Assembly: GCA_965219085.1 (NCBI GenBank)
Contig: OZ244720.1
Span: 451,684 to 515,683, forward strand
Source of the DNA: Dehalococcoidia bacterium
GTDB lineage: Bacteria; Chloroflexota; Dehalococcoidia; UBA2979
Direction: 5' to 3'
Length of the DNA stretch: 64,000 nucleotides
Position numbers and translations under genes: made by a program. A model generated the notes under the pieces. That model was not told where the DNA came from. It saw only the letters and a list, made by a program, of their open reading frames with translations, and did no database searches. This document shows, in pieces, positions 1 through 9,229 of this stretch. The number at the start of each line of letters is the position of its first letter. The first letter of the stretch is position 1.

Positions 1-234
1 TTCGCCGCGGGCGCGCGCACGAAGCCGCACCGCCACACCTCGGACCAGTTGCTCTACGTCGTCGCCGGCATCGGCAAGGTCGGCGCGGGCGGCGCGGAGC
101 ACGTGGTCAGCGCGGGTGACTTCATCCACATCCCGGCGGGCGAGGACCACTGGCACGGCGCCGGCGACACCGGCTCGCCGATGTCGCACATCACCGTCAT
201 GCTCGACGATTCCGTGTCGACAGTGACGGGATAG
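1..234 (+). CDS. cupin domain protein (5' partial, continues upstream of window)
   Basis: Frame open from nt 1; motif HIPAGEDHWHG typical of cupin metal site; stop at 232-234. Confidence 0.6.
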   Translation, partial: FAAGARTKPHRHTSDQLLYVVAGIGKVGAGGAEHVVSAGDFIHIPAGEDHWHGAGDTGSPMSHITVMLDDSVSTVTG

Positions 235-268
235 TCCGCCGAACGATCAGTCCTCGACGCGTCCGTCC

Positions 269-568
269 ATGCCGAGCTCCCGGCTCACGGTCCGCGTGAC
301 GCCGCGCGCCGCCCGCGACGAGGTCGCGGGCTTCGAGGACGGCGTGCTCCGAGTCCGCGTGACGGCCGCACCTGTCGATGGCCGCGCGAATCGCGCGCTG
401 GAGCGGCTGCTGGCGAAGCGCCTGGGCGTGCCGAACTCGGCCGTCAGCGTCGTCGTTGGCCACACCGGGCGGCGCAAGGTCGTCGAGGTCGAGGGGCTGG
501 GGAGGAGGAGGCGCGCCGCCGCCTCGAGGATGGTGCGCCTTAGACGCCAGCCTGCAGGACTTGCATGA
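269..568 (+). CDS. DUF167 (YggU) family protein
   Basis: LRVRVTAAPVDGRANRAL...VVGHTGRRKVVEVEG matches YggU pattern; conserved position next to yggT. Confidence 0.7.
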   Translation: MPSSRLTVRVTPRAARDEVAGFEDGVLRVRVTAAPVDGRANRALERLLAKRLGVPNSAVSVVVGHTGRRKVVEVEGLGRRRRAAASRMVRLRRQPAGLA

Positions 569-791
569 GCACGAAGATCAGGATGATCGCGACCATCGGC
601 GTGATGTCGACCATGCCGATGCGCGGCACCACGCGCCGCAGCGGCCCAAGCACCGGCTCGGTGACCGAGTCGAGCGCCTTTACGATGGGGCCCTGGGGGT
701 CGATCGGGAACCAGCTGATGATGGCGCGCGCGAAGATCGCGAACCACAGGATCTGCAGAAGCAGGAAGACGATGGAGATCAAGAAGGTCAT
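540..791 (-). CDS. YggT family membrane protein
   Basis: 83 aa, two TM segments, YggT-like sequence; overlaps proC stop by 4 nt. Confidence 0.75.
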   Translation of the reverse strand: MTFLISIVFLLLQILWFAIFARAIISWFPIDPQGPIVKALDSVTEPVLGPLRRVVPRIGMVDITPMVAIILIFVLMQVLQAGV

Positions 792-1594
792 TCCGGCTCC
801 CTCAGGTCCTGAGCCCGCCCGTAGGCGGCCTCGATAGCGTCATCGAAGGCTGCGCGCAGGCCCGCTGCTTCCAGCTCACCGAGCGCCGCTGCCGTCGTGC
901 CGCCGGGCGAGGTGACGGCGTTGCGCAGCGCCGCCGGGTGCTGCCCGGTCTCGATAGCGTAGCGCGCCGACCCCGCTACGGTCGCGAGCACCAGCGCGCT
1001 CGCGTCCGGGCGCTTCATCCCCAGCCGCACCGCCGAGTCGATCATCGACTCGATCACGAGGTAGACGTACGCGGGCCCGGAGCCGTGCAGCGCCGTCGCG
1101 AGGTCGACGGCGTCGTCGTCGTGGACCTCGACGACCGCGCTCGCGACGCCGCCGAGCAGGCGCTCGACGCGCTCGCGCTGGTCGGCCGTGACCGCGTCGC
1201 CGAGGAGGTAGACGGCCGCGCCTTCGCCCACCGCGGCGGGGAGGTTCGGCATCACGCGCACCGAGGCGGGGTGTCCGCTGTGGCGCTGCACGTCGGCGAG
1301 CGCCACGCCCGCGGCGATCGAGACGAGGACAGCGTCGGGTGTAATCGCGCCGGTCAGGTTCGCGGCCACCTCGGGCAGGTCGTCGGGCTTCACGGCAAGG
1401 AGCACGAGGTCCGCGCCGATGCACGCGCTCTGCGGGTCGTCGGTGACGCGCACGCCGTGCTCGGTGAGCTCGGTGCGTCGGGCCTCGACGACCTCGGCGA
1501 CGGCGATCTCGGCCGGCGATGCGACCTCGGCGCGGAGAATCCCCCGCAGGAAGGCCTCGCCCATGAAGCCGCCGCCGATGATGCCGATGCGCAT
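788..1594 (-). CDS. proC: pyrroline-5-carboxylate reductase
   Basis: MRIGIIGGGFMGEA NAD(P)-binding N-terminus and P5CR C-terminal dimerisation region. Confidence 0.9.
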   Translation of the reverse strand: MRIGIIGGGFMGEAFLRGILRAEVASPAEIAVAEVVEARRTELTEHGVRVTDDPQSACIGADLVLLAVKPDDLPEVAANLTGAITPDAVLVSIAAGVALADVQRHSGHPASVRVMPNLPAAVGEGAAVYLLGDAVTADQRERVERLLGGVASAVVEVHDDDAVDLATALHGSGPAYVYLVIESMIDSAVRLGMKRPDASALVLATVAGSARYAIETGQHPAALRNAVTSPGGTTAAALGELEAAGLRAAFDDAIEAAYGRAQDLREPE

Positions 1595-1619
1595 GCCAGG
1601 TCCCTTCGTCTGGCGCTCG

Positions 1620-2324
1620 CTACGCGCGGCGCGGGCCGAAGATGACGCGCCCGAGCCGCACCACCGTCGCGCCCTCCTCGATGGCGACCTCGTAGTCCTC
1701 GGTCATGCCCATCGAGAGTTCAGCGAGGCCGTGCGCCTCTGCCAGCTCGCGCAGCTCGCGGAACACGGGGCGCACCAGCTCCGGATCGTCGACCTGCGGC
1801 GCGACCGTCATGAGCCCGACCACCTCGACGTGCCGCAGGTCGGCCGCTCCGCGCAGCAGCTCGCCCACGTCGCCGGGCTCGACGCCCTGCTTCGCCGCTT
1901 CGCCGCCGACGTTGACCTCGAGGTAGCACGGGAGCGGGACGTCGGGGTTGGGCGAACGGCCCTGCTCGGCGCGCCGCTCGATCTCGGTGGCGAGCCGCAG
2001 GGAGTCGAGCGAGTGCAGCACGGCGATGTGCGGGAGCACCTGCCGGACCTTGTTGCGCTGCAACCCGCCGATGAAGTGCCAGCGCGGCGCGAGGCCCATG
2101 CCCGCGGCCTCCTCGGCCTTCGGGACGAGCTCCTGCGCGCGGTTCTCACCGAGGTCGACCTGGCCGGCGGCGAGCGCCTCCTCGACGGCGTCGACAGGGT
2201 GCGTCTTGGTCACGCCGACGATGGTGACCCCGGCGGGGTCGCGCCCGGCGCGCTCACACGCCGCCGCGATGCGCTCGCGGACGGCCTCGAGCCGAGTGGC
2301 GATGGTTGCGGTGCTGGTAGTCAT
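1620..2324 (-). CDS. yggS: YggS family PLP homeostasis protein
   Basis: Alanine-racemase-N-like fold sequence (VTKTHP, HFIGGLQRNK); conserved cell-division-cluster position. Confidence 0.85.
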   Translation of the reverse strand: MTTSTATIATRLEAVRERIAAACERAGRDPAGVTIVGVTKTHPVDAVEEALAAGQVDLGENRAQELVPKAEEAAGMGLAPRWHFIGGLQRNKVRQVLPHIAVLHSLDSLRLATEIERRAEQGRSPNPDVPLPCYLEVNVGGEAAKQGVEPGDVGELLRGAADLRHVEVVGLMTVAPQVDDPELVRPVFRELRELAEAHGLAELSMGMTEDYEVAIEEGATVVRLGRVIFGPRRA

Positions 2325-2655
2325 GCCTCAAGGCTACGCTCCCGGCATGGCCGCCGCCAGACGCGCCGCCGAAACCCAATCGTCACGCGCCTGCCACGGA
2401 CTCGTCACGTGCGTTCACCAGACTGCGCCACAAGACGAGGCGGCGACTCCCGCCGGGGCCGGATGGCCCGCGGGAGCCACCGCCGAGGTCGCCGCACCGT
2501 CCCGACGAGTGCTTCGAGGAGTCGTCAGCGCGAGCCGCTCGGAGGCTTGGTGCGCGGCGGGCAGCCCGCTGCGGCTCGCGTTTGGAGACGGGGAGCCGCC
2601 ACCGGAGGAGGAGTACATCTTCCGCGCGCGGGTTCCCGGATAGGCCGAAGCGTTG

Positions 2656-3135
2656 CTACCGACGGCGCCGCCTTCGGCGAGGCTCGGAGGCGGGTGCGCC
2701 CAGCGGGCACGAGCCGTCGTGTGTGAGCAGGTGCAGATGACCGCGATTCTGGTAGACGCTGCCCCGTGGGTGGTCGACGAGGGCGGGATTTCCGAAGTCC
2801 GCGTGTAGTCTGCGGTCCGAAGAACAGAGCAGCCGTGCTCCAGAGACGCGGGCGAGAGCGATGACATGAGCGTCGTTCGAGACGCATTGGCCCTCGACCT
2901 GGGCCGTCTCCGCTGCCACCTCCTCGGGCGAAATGAATCGGGCGAGCTTCGCGCGCTCCCAGTTCCGGAGCAGCCGTCGAGCATCGCCGACCTCGAAGAG
3001 CTCGTCGAGCAGTCGGCCGCCTGCGACAAGCACTCCCTGCCCGCTAGCGATCCATTCCCAGAGCGGCTCGAGTTCTTGATCGACTGGATCGCCAAAGAAC
3101 CGGGGAGCGACGTTCGCGTCGACGATCGCGCACAC
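2656..3135 (-). CDS. PIN-like domain protein, partner of upstream ATPase
   Basis: Starts MCAIVDANV, later SNDAHV and SSD acidic positions resembling PIN catalytic residues; start codon immediately abuts ATPase stop (3136). Confidence 0.5.
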   Translation of the reverse strand: MCAIVDANVAPRFFGDPVDQELEPLWEWIASGQGVLVAGGRLLDELFEVGDARRLLRNWERAKLARFISPEEVAAETAQVEGQCVSNDAHVIALARVSGARLLCSSDRRLHADFGNPALVDHPRGSVYQNRGHLHLLTHDGSCPLGAPASEPRRRRRRR

Positions 3136-4425
3136 TTACTGGCCAACGCCGAAGAAACGGCGGTCCTCTTCAAGAAAGAAGCTGCGGTAGCCCTCCGGCA
3201 CATCAACGACTCGGCCTGCTGCGTCGACTTCGATCTCGTGGATCTGTACCCCGCCGCGGCCCTGCTCGAAGTACAGGATCATCACGTCACTCGGCCTGAT
3301 CTTTTCGTCGCGCACGTCCATGCGCACGCGGTCGACGAGGTAATCGCTGTGCGTCTCGACGACCACGGGATCCCGGCCGCTTGCAGCCAGTTGGGCGAAG
3401 AAGGAGCCTATCGCGGCTTGCGCGCGTGGGTGCAGGTGGACTTCGGGTTGTTGAATGAGCAGCATCTCCATAGGCGAGGCTGAGACACAGTCTGCGATGA
3501 TCGGGATTGCTTGGCTGACCCCGTAGCCGACATCGATAAGGTTGCGCGCCTTCCCGCCGCGAGCAGGCTTAACCTCGATCTGGAACGGGTCGCTCCCCCG
3601 ACTTCCGAGCCTGCGGATGCCGAGGCTGGCGTACAGACCGCTCGCTTTTCCGAAGTCATTGAGTTCTTCGTTGTAGAGCTTGTCTTCACCCGCTAGCCAC
3701 GCGGCCAGCGTAACCGGGATGTGGTCACCCTCGGGACGGCGGGGCTCCGCCGTCGGATCATAGGTTCGGCGCGGGCTCGTTCGGATTGGCGCGAACGCAT
3801 TGGGTCGGTCTAAAGAATCTCTCAGCGCGCCAACGAGCAGCACAAGGAAAGATTCGCTATGTTCGCGCGCTATGCCGGGGTCGGCCCCGTCAGCCGAGAT
3901 GAGCGTGTGGGTTAGGACTGGCCAGAGGCTGGCAGCTTGACGAGCCCTCTGATCCCGAATCCCCAGCGCGACCGGCCTTTCCAGTACTGTCTCACCCCCG
4001 ACGGAGAACGAGACCGCAGGCTCGCCCCCTTCCAGACCCTTGAGCCCTAGCAGGTACTCCCCTGCAGAGGCGCAGAATTCAGAGATACTCGGCTGAGCGT
4101 CTCGGGATATGAAGCGGGATTCGACTCGCAACTCGTGATGCCGACCTCGATTTAGCGGAAAGTCAGGGCTCTCAAACTCGAACTGTAGCCCCACGGCGAA
4201 GCTCTTCGCCGGACGTCCTCGATTGTTGGCGACCTGGTCGTAGCTGCCGAGGCGGAACGGCTCCTCGTTGAAGTTTGGCTCCATCCGGTCGTGGGCTGCT
4301 CGTACCCCAGCGAGGAACGAGGTTTTGCCCGTGCTGTTCTCCCCCACGAGCAGCGTCAGCGGCCGGATCGGCACCTCGTGGCGGCCCGCGAAGCAGCGGA
4401 AGTCCTCGAGGATCAACGTGTTCAT
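3136..4425 (-). CDS. AAA_21/ABC-type (OLD- or abortive-infection-like) ATPase with degenerate Walker B
   Basis: Walker A GENSTGKTS; Walker B region MLLIQQPEVHLHP (QQ instead of DE); H-loop ETHSDYL; lower-GC region. Confidence 0.8.
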   Translation of the reverse strand: MNTLILEDFRCFAGRHEVPIRPLTLLVGENSTGKTSFLAGVRAAHDRMEPNFNEEPFRLGSYDQVANNRGRPAKSFAVGLQFEFESPDFPLNRGRHHELRVESRFISRDAQPSISEFCASAGEYLLGLKGLEGGEPAVSFSVGGETVLERPVALGIRDQRARQAASLWPVLTHTLISADGADPGIAREHSESFLVLLVGALRDSLDRPNAFAPIRTSPRRTYDPTAEPRRPEGDHIPVTLAAWLAGEDKLYNEELNDFGKASGLYASLGIRRLGSRGSDPFQIEVKPARGGKARNLIDVGYGVSQAIPIIADCVSASPMEMLLIQQPEVHLHPRAQAAIGSFFAQLAASGRDPVVVETHSDYLVDRVRMDVRDEKIRPSDVMILYFEQGRGGVQIHEIEVDAAGRVVDVPEGYRSFFLEEDRRFFGVGQ

Positions 4426-4470
4426 GGCGATCAGTCTACCGTAGCGCCTCGCGGTCGCTCCTCGCGCTCG

Positions 4471-4752
4471 CTACCGCATCCCCGCGAACGGGTCGTCGTC
4501 CTCGATGCCCTCGCGCCGCTCACGGTGCTGGCGCTTGTCGTACCAGTAGATGCCGTACAGCATCGCGGCGAAGAGGCCGACGGGGATGAGCGCGAGCGCG
4601 GGGTGCGTCGCCAGCGCGTAGAACAGGAACAGCACGAGCAGCAGTACGCCTGCCAGGGCGGCGACGGCCGGTAACAGGATCTGGAACGCGATGCGCGAGA
4701 GCAGCAATACTTCCCGGCATCCGCCCGGCGCCTGCTCCTGAGGTTCGTACAT
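4471..4752 (-). CDS. small hypothetical membrane protein
   Basis: Two predicted TM helices; start ambiguous (several in-frame ATG). Confidence 0.3.
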   Translation of the reverse strand: MYEPQEQAPGGCREVLLLSRIAFQILLPAVAALAGVLLLVLFLFYALATHPALALIPVGLFAAMLYGIYWYDKRQHRERREGIEDDDPFAGMR

Positions 4753-4823
4753 GCTCCCAGCATAGCGGCGCATCGCGTCGTGAGCCGCTACCATCCTCGC
4801 GCGCCCGCCGGGAGGCCCCTCGC

Positions 4824-5258
4824 ATGCCTGACACCCGCGTTCCACCGGAGTTCGACGCGTTCCTCGCCGAGCCGCGCAACGCGATCATGTGCATCGCCCG
4901 CGGCACCGGCCGCCCGCCCCACGCCACCCCCGTGTGGTTCGAGTACCGCGACGGCGTGTTCCGCATCTCGATCACCCGCACGCGGGTCAAGTACCGGCTG
5001 CTCCTCGACGCCCCCAACGTCACGCTCGTCGTCGACGACCCCGTGACGTACGGCACTGTCATCGTCTCCGGCCACGCCGCGATCGTGGACGACGACGCCT
5101 CGCTCGTCGCGCTGCGCAAGGCGCTGCGAGCCAAGTACGGCGGTGTCCCCGGCGCCGACGCCGAGACCGATGAGGAGCTCGCCCGCGCGCTCCGCGGGGA
5201 GGAGCGCGTGGTCATCGTCGTCGAGCCGGAGCAGGTGCTGTCCTGGGCGGGCGGCTAG
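4824..5258 (+). CDS. pyridoxamine 5'-phosphate oxidase family (F420-dependent-like) protein
   Basis: 144 aa PPOX-like split-barrel sequence. Confidence 0.75.
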   Translation: MPDTRVPPEFDAFLAEPRNAIMCIARGTGRPPHATPVWFEYRDGVFRISITRTRVKYRLLLDAPNVTLVVDDPVTYGTVIVSGHAAIVDDDASLVALRKALRAKYGGVPGADAETDEELARALRGEERVVIVVEPEQVLSWAGG

Positions 5259-5280
5259 CGCCGCCAATCCCCTACGCGCG

Positions 5281-5999
5281 TCGCCGCGGGTTCTTGAGCC
5301 CGGTCTCCAGCTTGTGCCGCACCTCGCGGCGGACGCGCGCGGCGAGGACGTCCTCGTGCGCGTCGAGGAAGGCGCGGACGGCGTCGGGGTCGCGCTCGGA
5401 GAGGGCGCGCAGCGCCCACGACACCGCCTTCACCACCATGTCGTCGCGGTCGTCGGCGAGCCGTTCGCAGAGCGCGAGCGTGCGCGCCGCGTCACCCGTG
5501 CTGCCCGCGCGCTTCCTGTTGAGTGCGGTGGTTGAGACGAGCGCGGCGCGGGGCCACCCAGCGGTCGGGCGACCGCGACCAGCGGTCGATGACCTCGTCG
5601 CTCAGCGGGCCCGCCACCCACGCCGGGCCCGCGACCAGCGTGCAATTACGCGTCGACCGACCCCCAGTTGTCGATGCCCGCGCCCAGCGCCTCGATCTGG
5701 TCCGCGTGCAGCGAGGCGAGAGCGGCGCGATGGCGCGACAGCAGGAGGTAGGCGAGCGTGCGCTCGTCGTACCCGCCGCTCTCGACGAGCCTCGAGGCCA
5801 GCTCGACGGCCGTGTGCGGCTCCTCCCGCAGCCGACGGGCGAGGTCGCCTGCGATGCCGGGGAGCACGGGCGTCCGCACGCTCCGGATGCGCATCGCCGT
5901 CGCGTGGTAGCCCTCGCCGAAGGCGGCGCGCTTCGGGTCGGCCTCCGCGGTGAGGCGCTCCTCGATCTTGCGCCGCAGCGCGGCGGGCACAGCAGGCAC
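5281..5999 (-). pseudogene. DNA alkylation repair protein (AlkD-like HEAT repeat), disrupted by two frameshifts
   Basis: N-terminal 117 aa in one frame ends at a stop at 5646; homologous continuation LVAGPAWVAGPLSDEVIDRW in the second frame; C-terminus ...RTLALCERLADDRDDMVVKAVSWALR... in the third frame. Confidence 0.5.
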
Positions 6000-6002
6000 A
6001 GG

Positions 6003-6644
6003 CTAGTCGCCGCCCTCGTCCTCCATGCGGCGTCTGCGGTCGTCCAGCGACTCACCCCTGTAGTGCCAGTACAACGGGCCCGCAGCACTCCACTTGTCAG
6101 TCCACGTGATTCCGTGTCGTTGCATGATTTCGGTGGCAGCAGCGGAGAGCGAGGTCTCCTCACCCTCGAAGGTGATCCTGTTGTGCGAAGCCACCGTGGC
6201 GCTGAAGGGCTCCCCGTCGTTGGAGATCTCCCGGTACTGGAATTGTAGTTCGGCTCCGGCCTCGATGCCGACCATGTCGAAGTTGAACCGCTCGCGCTTC
6301 TTGCGGGCCTTGTTCAACGCGAGCCGTGCCTCCTCGTCCTCGACCACATCGGAACCCGGAGTGACGTCGCGACCGCGCGTGAGGCGTAGCGCGGCCTCCA
6401 CGCGGTCGGCACTGACCTCGAAGAACTCACGGTTGCTGCGGACGCGGCGATCGCCGAACACATCATGAAGCAGTCGCTCGGTCTCCGCGGCGTCGTCGAC
6501 TTCCATCGCCACGACGCACTCGAACGGCACCGGAACGCTCGTGGTGTCGAGAGAGCGCAGCCGCTGCTCGATGTTGGTCGTCCGCCCGATCTTCACGAGG
6601 TCGGGCATCGCCGGGTTGGTGAGGCAGTAGACGATCCCGGTCAT
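6003..6644 (-). CDS. GIY-YIG nuclease family protein (T5orf172-type) with C-terminal extra domain
   Basis: Real start MTGIVYCLTNPAMPDLVKIGRT at 6644 (ATG); upstream 123 codons of the ORF are low-complexity artefact. Confidence 0.75.
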   Translation of the reverse strand: MTGIVYCLTNPAMPDLVKIGRTTNIEQRLRSLDTTSVPVPFECVVAMEVDDAAETERLLHDVFGDRRVRSNREFFEVSADRVEAALRLTRGRDVTPGSDVVEDEEARLALNKARKKRERFNFDMVGIEAGAELQFQYREISNDGEPFSATVASHNRITFEGEETSLSAAATEIMQRHGITWTDKWSAAGPLYWHYRGESLDDRRRRMEDEGGD

Positions 6645-6697
6645 GGCGGTGTCCCCCGTGCCAACTGCTGTTGGCGCGTGATGGTACGCGGCGGGGG

Positions 6698-9229
6698 TCA
6701 ATGTGCCTCGGCGACGATGCCCGCCTCGGCGCGCTCGACGAGGGCCCGCAGCGTGTCGAGGTCGGCGGCGGCAAGCTCGGGGTCGGCGTCGAGCATCGTC
6801 TCCGCCTCGCGCCGCGTCGCTTCGATGAGGCGGCCGTCGAGCAGCGAGGCCACGCGCAGCGAGGGGATGCCGGACTGGCGCGTGCCGAACAGCTCGCCCG
6901 GCCCGCGCAGCTCGAGGTCGGCCTGGGCGAGATCGAAGCCGTTCGACGTGCGGGCGACGAGCGACAGGCGCTCCTCGGCCTCCGGCGAGGGGTCGTCGGC
7001 GAGCAGGAAGCACGTCGAGGGATGTTCGCCGCGCCCGACGCGGCCGCGGAACTGGTGCATCTGGGAGAGCCCGAAGCGGTCCGCGCCCTCGATCACCATC
7101 ACCGTCGCGTTTGGCACGTCGATGCCGACCTCGACGACGGCGGTCGAGACGAGTACGGCCACCTCGCCCGAGGCGAAGCGCTGCATGACGGCGTCCTTGT
7201 CGCGGCCGGACATCCGGCCGTGCAGCAGCGCGATGCGGTCCGCCAGCTCCGGGAACTGCTCGCCGCGCAGCCGCTCGTACTCCTCGGTCGCGGCGCGCGA
7301 GATGACGGCGTCCGAGCCCTCGACGAGTGGGCAGATCACGAACGCCTGCCGCCCCGCGGCCACCTCGGCGCGCACGTGCTCGAAGGCGGCGGGGCGCTCG
7401 ATGGGCGTGAGCCAGCGCGTCTCGATAGGCGTGCGGCCCGGTGGCATCTCGTCGATCGTGGAGATGTCGAGGTCGCCGTAGAGCGTGAGCGCGAGCGAGC
7501 GCGGGATCGGCGTCGCGGTCATGACGAGCAGGTGCGGCGTCGGTTTGCGGGGCGCTTCGAGGGCCTCGACCTGCTCCTCCTCGTCCGGGACGCCGCGCAG
7601 GGCTGCGCGCTGCATGACGCCGAAGCGGTGCTGCTCGTCGACGACGGCGAGGCCGAGCCGCTCGAAGTCGACGCCCTGCTGGATCAGCGCGTGCGTGCCG
7701 ACGGCGATCTGGGCGCCGCCGTGGCGGATCGCGTCGAGGGCCGCGCGGCGCTCCTTCGCGCGCTTCGAGCCGGTGAGCAGCACCACCTGGAGCGGGTGTT
7801 CGAGGAAGGGCAGCGCGACGACCCCGTTGAGCGGTGGCTCGGGTTCGCCCGACAGCAGCTTGCAGACGGTGCGGAAGTGCTGCTCCGCGAGCACCTCGGT
7901 CGGCGCCATGAGCACGGCCTGGTGACCGGCGGCGACGGCGGCGAGCATCGCCGCGAGCGCGACGACGGTCTTGCCCGATCCGACATCGCCCTGCAGCAGC
8001 CGGCCCATTGGCTGCGAGCGCCCGAGGTCAGCGAGCACATCGTCGAGGGTGCGCCGCTGGGCGGCGGTGAGCGCGAACGGTAGCGTCTCGAGGAACGCCC
8101 CGGCGGTGGCGCGGCCCTCGAAGACCGGCGCGTCACCGTGCTGCTCCCGCTCTCGCTTGCGCCGCACGACGCTGAGTTGCACGGCGAGCAGCTCGTCGAA
8201 GGCGAGGCGCTGGCGGGCCTGCGCGAGCTGCGCCTGGTCGTCCGGGTAATGGATCTGGCGCGTCGCCTCGACGATGCCGGGCAGGCGCCGACGCTCGCGC
8301 AGCTCGGCGGGCAGGGGTTCGCGCATGCGGTCGGCGAAGCGTTCGAGGAGGTCGGCGATCGCCTCGCGCAGCGCGCGCTGCGGGAGGCCCTGCGTGAGGT
8401 GGTACACAGGCACGAGGCGGCCGGTGTGGCGGAGGTCGTCAGTGATGCGCTCGTACGCCGGGTTGTCGAACGTCGGACGCCCGCGGTAGGCGCGCACGCC
8501 GCCGGCGACGGCGATCTCGGTGCCCGGTGGCAGTTGCTTCGCGAGGTATGGCTGGTTGAACCACACGACGCGAATGCGGGCGCCGCTCGCGTCGCTGATC
8601 GTCGCCTCGGTCGCCTGCATGCGGCCGCCGCGACCCATGCGAATAGCGCGAGCGCGGTCGATGGTGCCCCGGATCGTCTGCTCGTGGCCGATGCGCAGTT
8701 GCGAGATGGGCACGGTCTTCGAGAAGTCGTGGTGCCGGTACGGGTAGTGCCGCAGCGCGTCGGCGATGGTGACGACGCCGAGCTTCTCGAGGCGCGTGAG
8801 GTGCGCCCGACCGAGCTTGGTCCCCGCCTGCGCAACCGGCAGCTCGAGCGCCTCGGGGCCTGGCGGGATGGCGACGGTCGGGGGGCGCCGAGGAGCCCTC
8901 GATGCGCCGCGCCTCGGTGCGGCCTGCTTGCGGGCGGAGGCGCGACGCGGGCTCCTGGGGCCGCGGCCCTTGCCCGCTCCCTCGGCCAGGGCGTGAGCGA
9001 CGGTGGCGCGCGCGCGGCGCAGCCAGGCACGACGCTCCTCGGCGTCGAGCGAGCGATAGCCGGTCGCGGGGAGCGCCCCGACCATGCGCAGCAGGGGCGA
9101 GTTGGGCGGCTCGTCGCGGGCTTGCAGCCGCAGCATCTCGTCCAGCCCGCCCTCGACGAGCGCGTCGGTGCAGCCGGCCTCCAGTTCCCGCTCGAGGACC
9201 ATGCCGAGCATATCGAGGTCTACGGTCAC
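6698..9229 (-). CDS. recG: ATP-dependent DNA helicase RecG
   Basis: Wedge domain, helicase motifs (GSGKT, DEQHRFGV, TATPIPRS), C-terminal TRG motif; GTG start overlaps degV stop (GTGA). Confidence 0.9.
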   Translation of the reverse strand: MTVDLDMLGMVLERELEAGCTDALVEGGLDEMLRLQARDEPPNSPLLRMVGALPATGYRSLDAEERRAWLRRARATVAHALAEGAGKGRGPRSPRRASARKQAAPRRGASRAPRRPPTVAIPPGPEALELPVAQAGTKLGRAHLTRLEKLGVVTIADALRHYPYRHHDFSKTVPISQLRIGHEQTIRGTIDRARAIRMGRGGRMQATEATISDASGARIRVVWFNQPYLAKQLPPGTEIAVAGGVRAYRGRPTFDNPAYERITDDLRHTGRLVPVYHLTQGLPQRALREAIADLLERFADRMREPLPAELRERRRLPGIVEATRQIHYPDDQAQLAQARQRLAFDELLAVQLSVVRRKREREQHGDAPVFEGRATAGAFLETLPFALTAAQRRTLDDVLADLGRSQPMGRLLQGDVGSGKTVVALAAMLAAVAAGHQAVLMAPTEVLAEQHFRTVCKLLSGEPEPPLNGVVALPFLEHPLQVVLLTGSKRAKERRAALDAIRHGGAQIAVGTHALIQQGVDFERLGLAVVDEQHRFGVMQRAALRGVPDEEEQVEALEAPRKPTPHLLVMTATPIPRSLALTLYGDLDISTIDEMPPGRTPIETRWLTPIERPAAFEHVRAEVAAGRQAFVICPLVEGSDAVISRAATEEYERLRGEQFPELADRIALLHGRMSGRDKDAVMQRFASGEVAVLVSTAVVEVGIDVPNATVMVIEGADRFGLSQMHQFRGRVGRGEHPSTCFLLADDPSPEAEERLSLVARTSNGFDLAQADLELRGPGELFGTRQSGIPSLRVASLLDGRLIEATRREAETMLDADPELAAADLDTLRALVERAEAGIVAEAH

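Noticed and set aside
247-2726. Long overlapping ORFs on both strands (247..747 -, 378..812 +, 876..1424 -, 938..1645 +, 1419..2726 +, 1948..2643 +, 2415..3206 -)
   Set aside because: Arg/Ala/Pro/Gly-rich low-complexity translations typical of wrong-frame or antisense reading in about 70% GC DNA; they overlap well-supported genes (DUF167, yggT, proC, yggS).
5294-6248. ORFs 5294..5953 +, 5492..6163 -, 5523..6248 +
   Set aside because: Low-complexity RP-rich products overlapping the AlkD-like pseudogene and GIY-YIG gene; frame artefacts.
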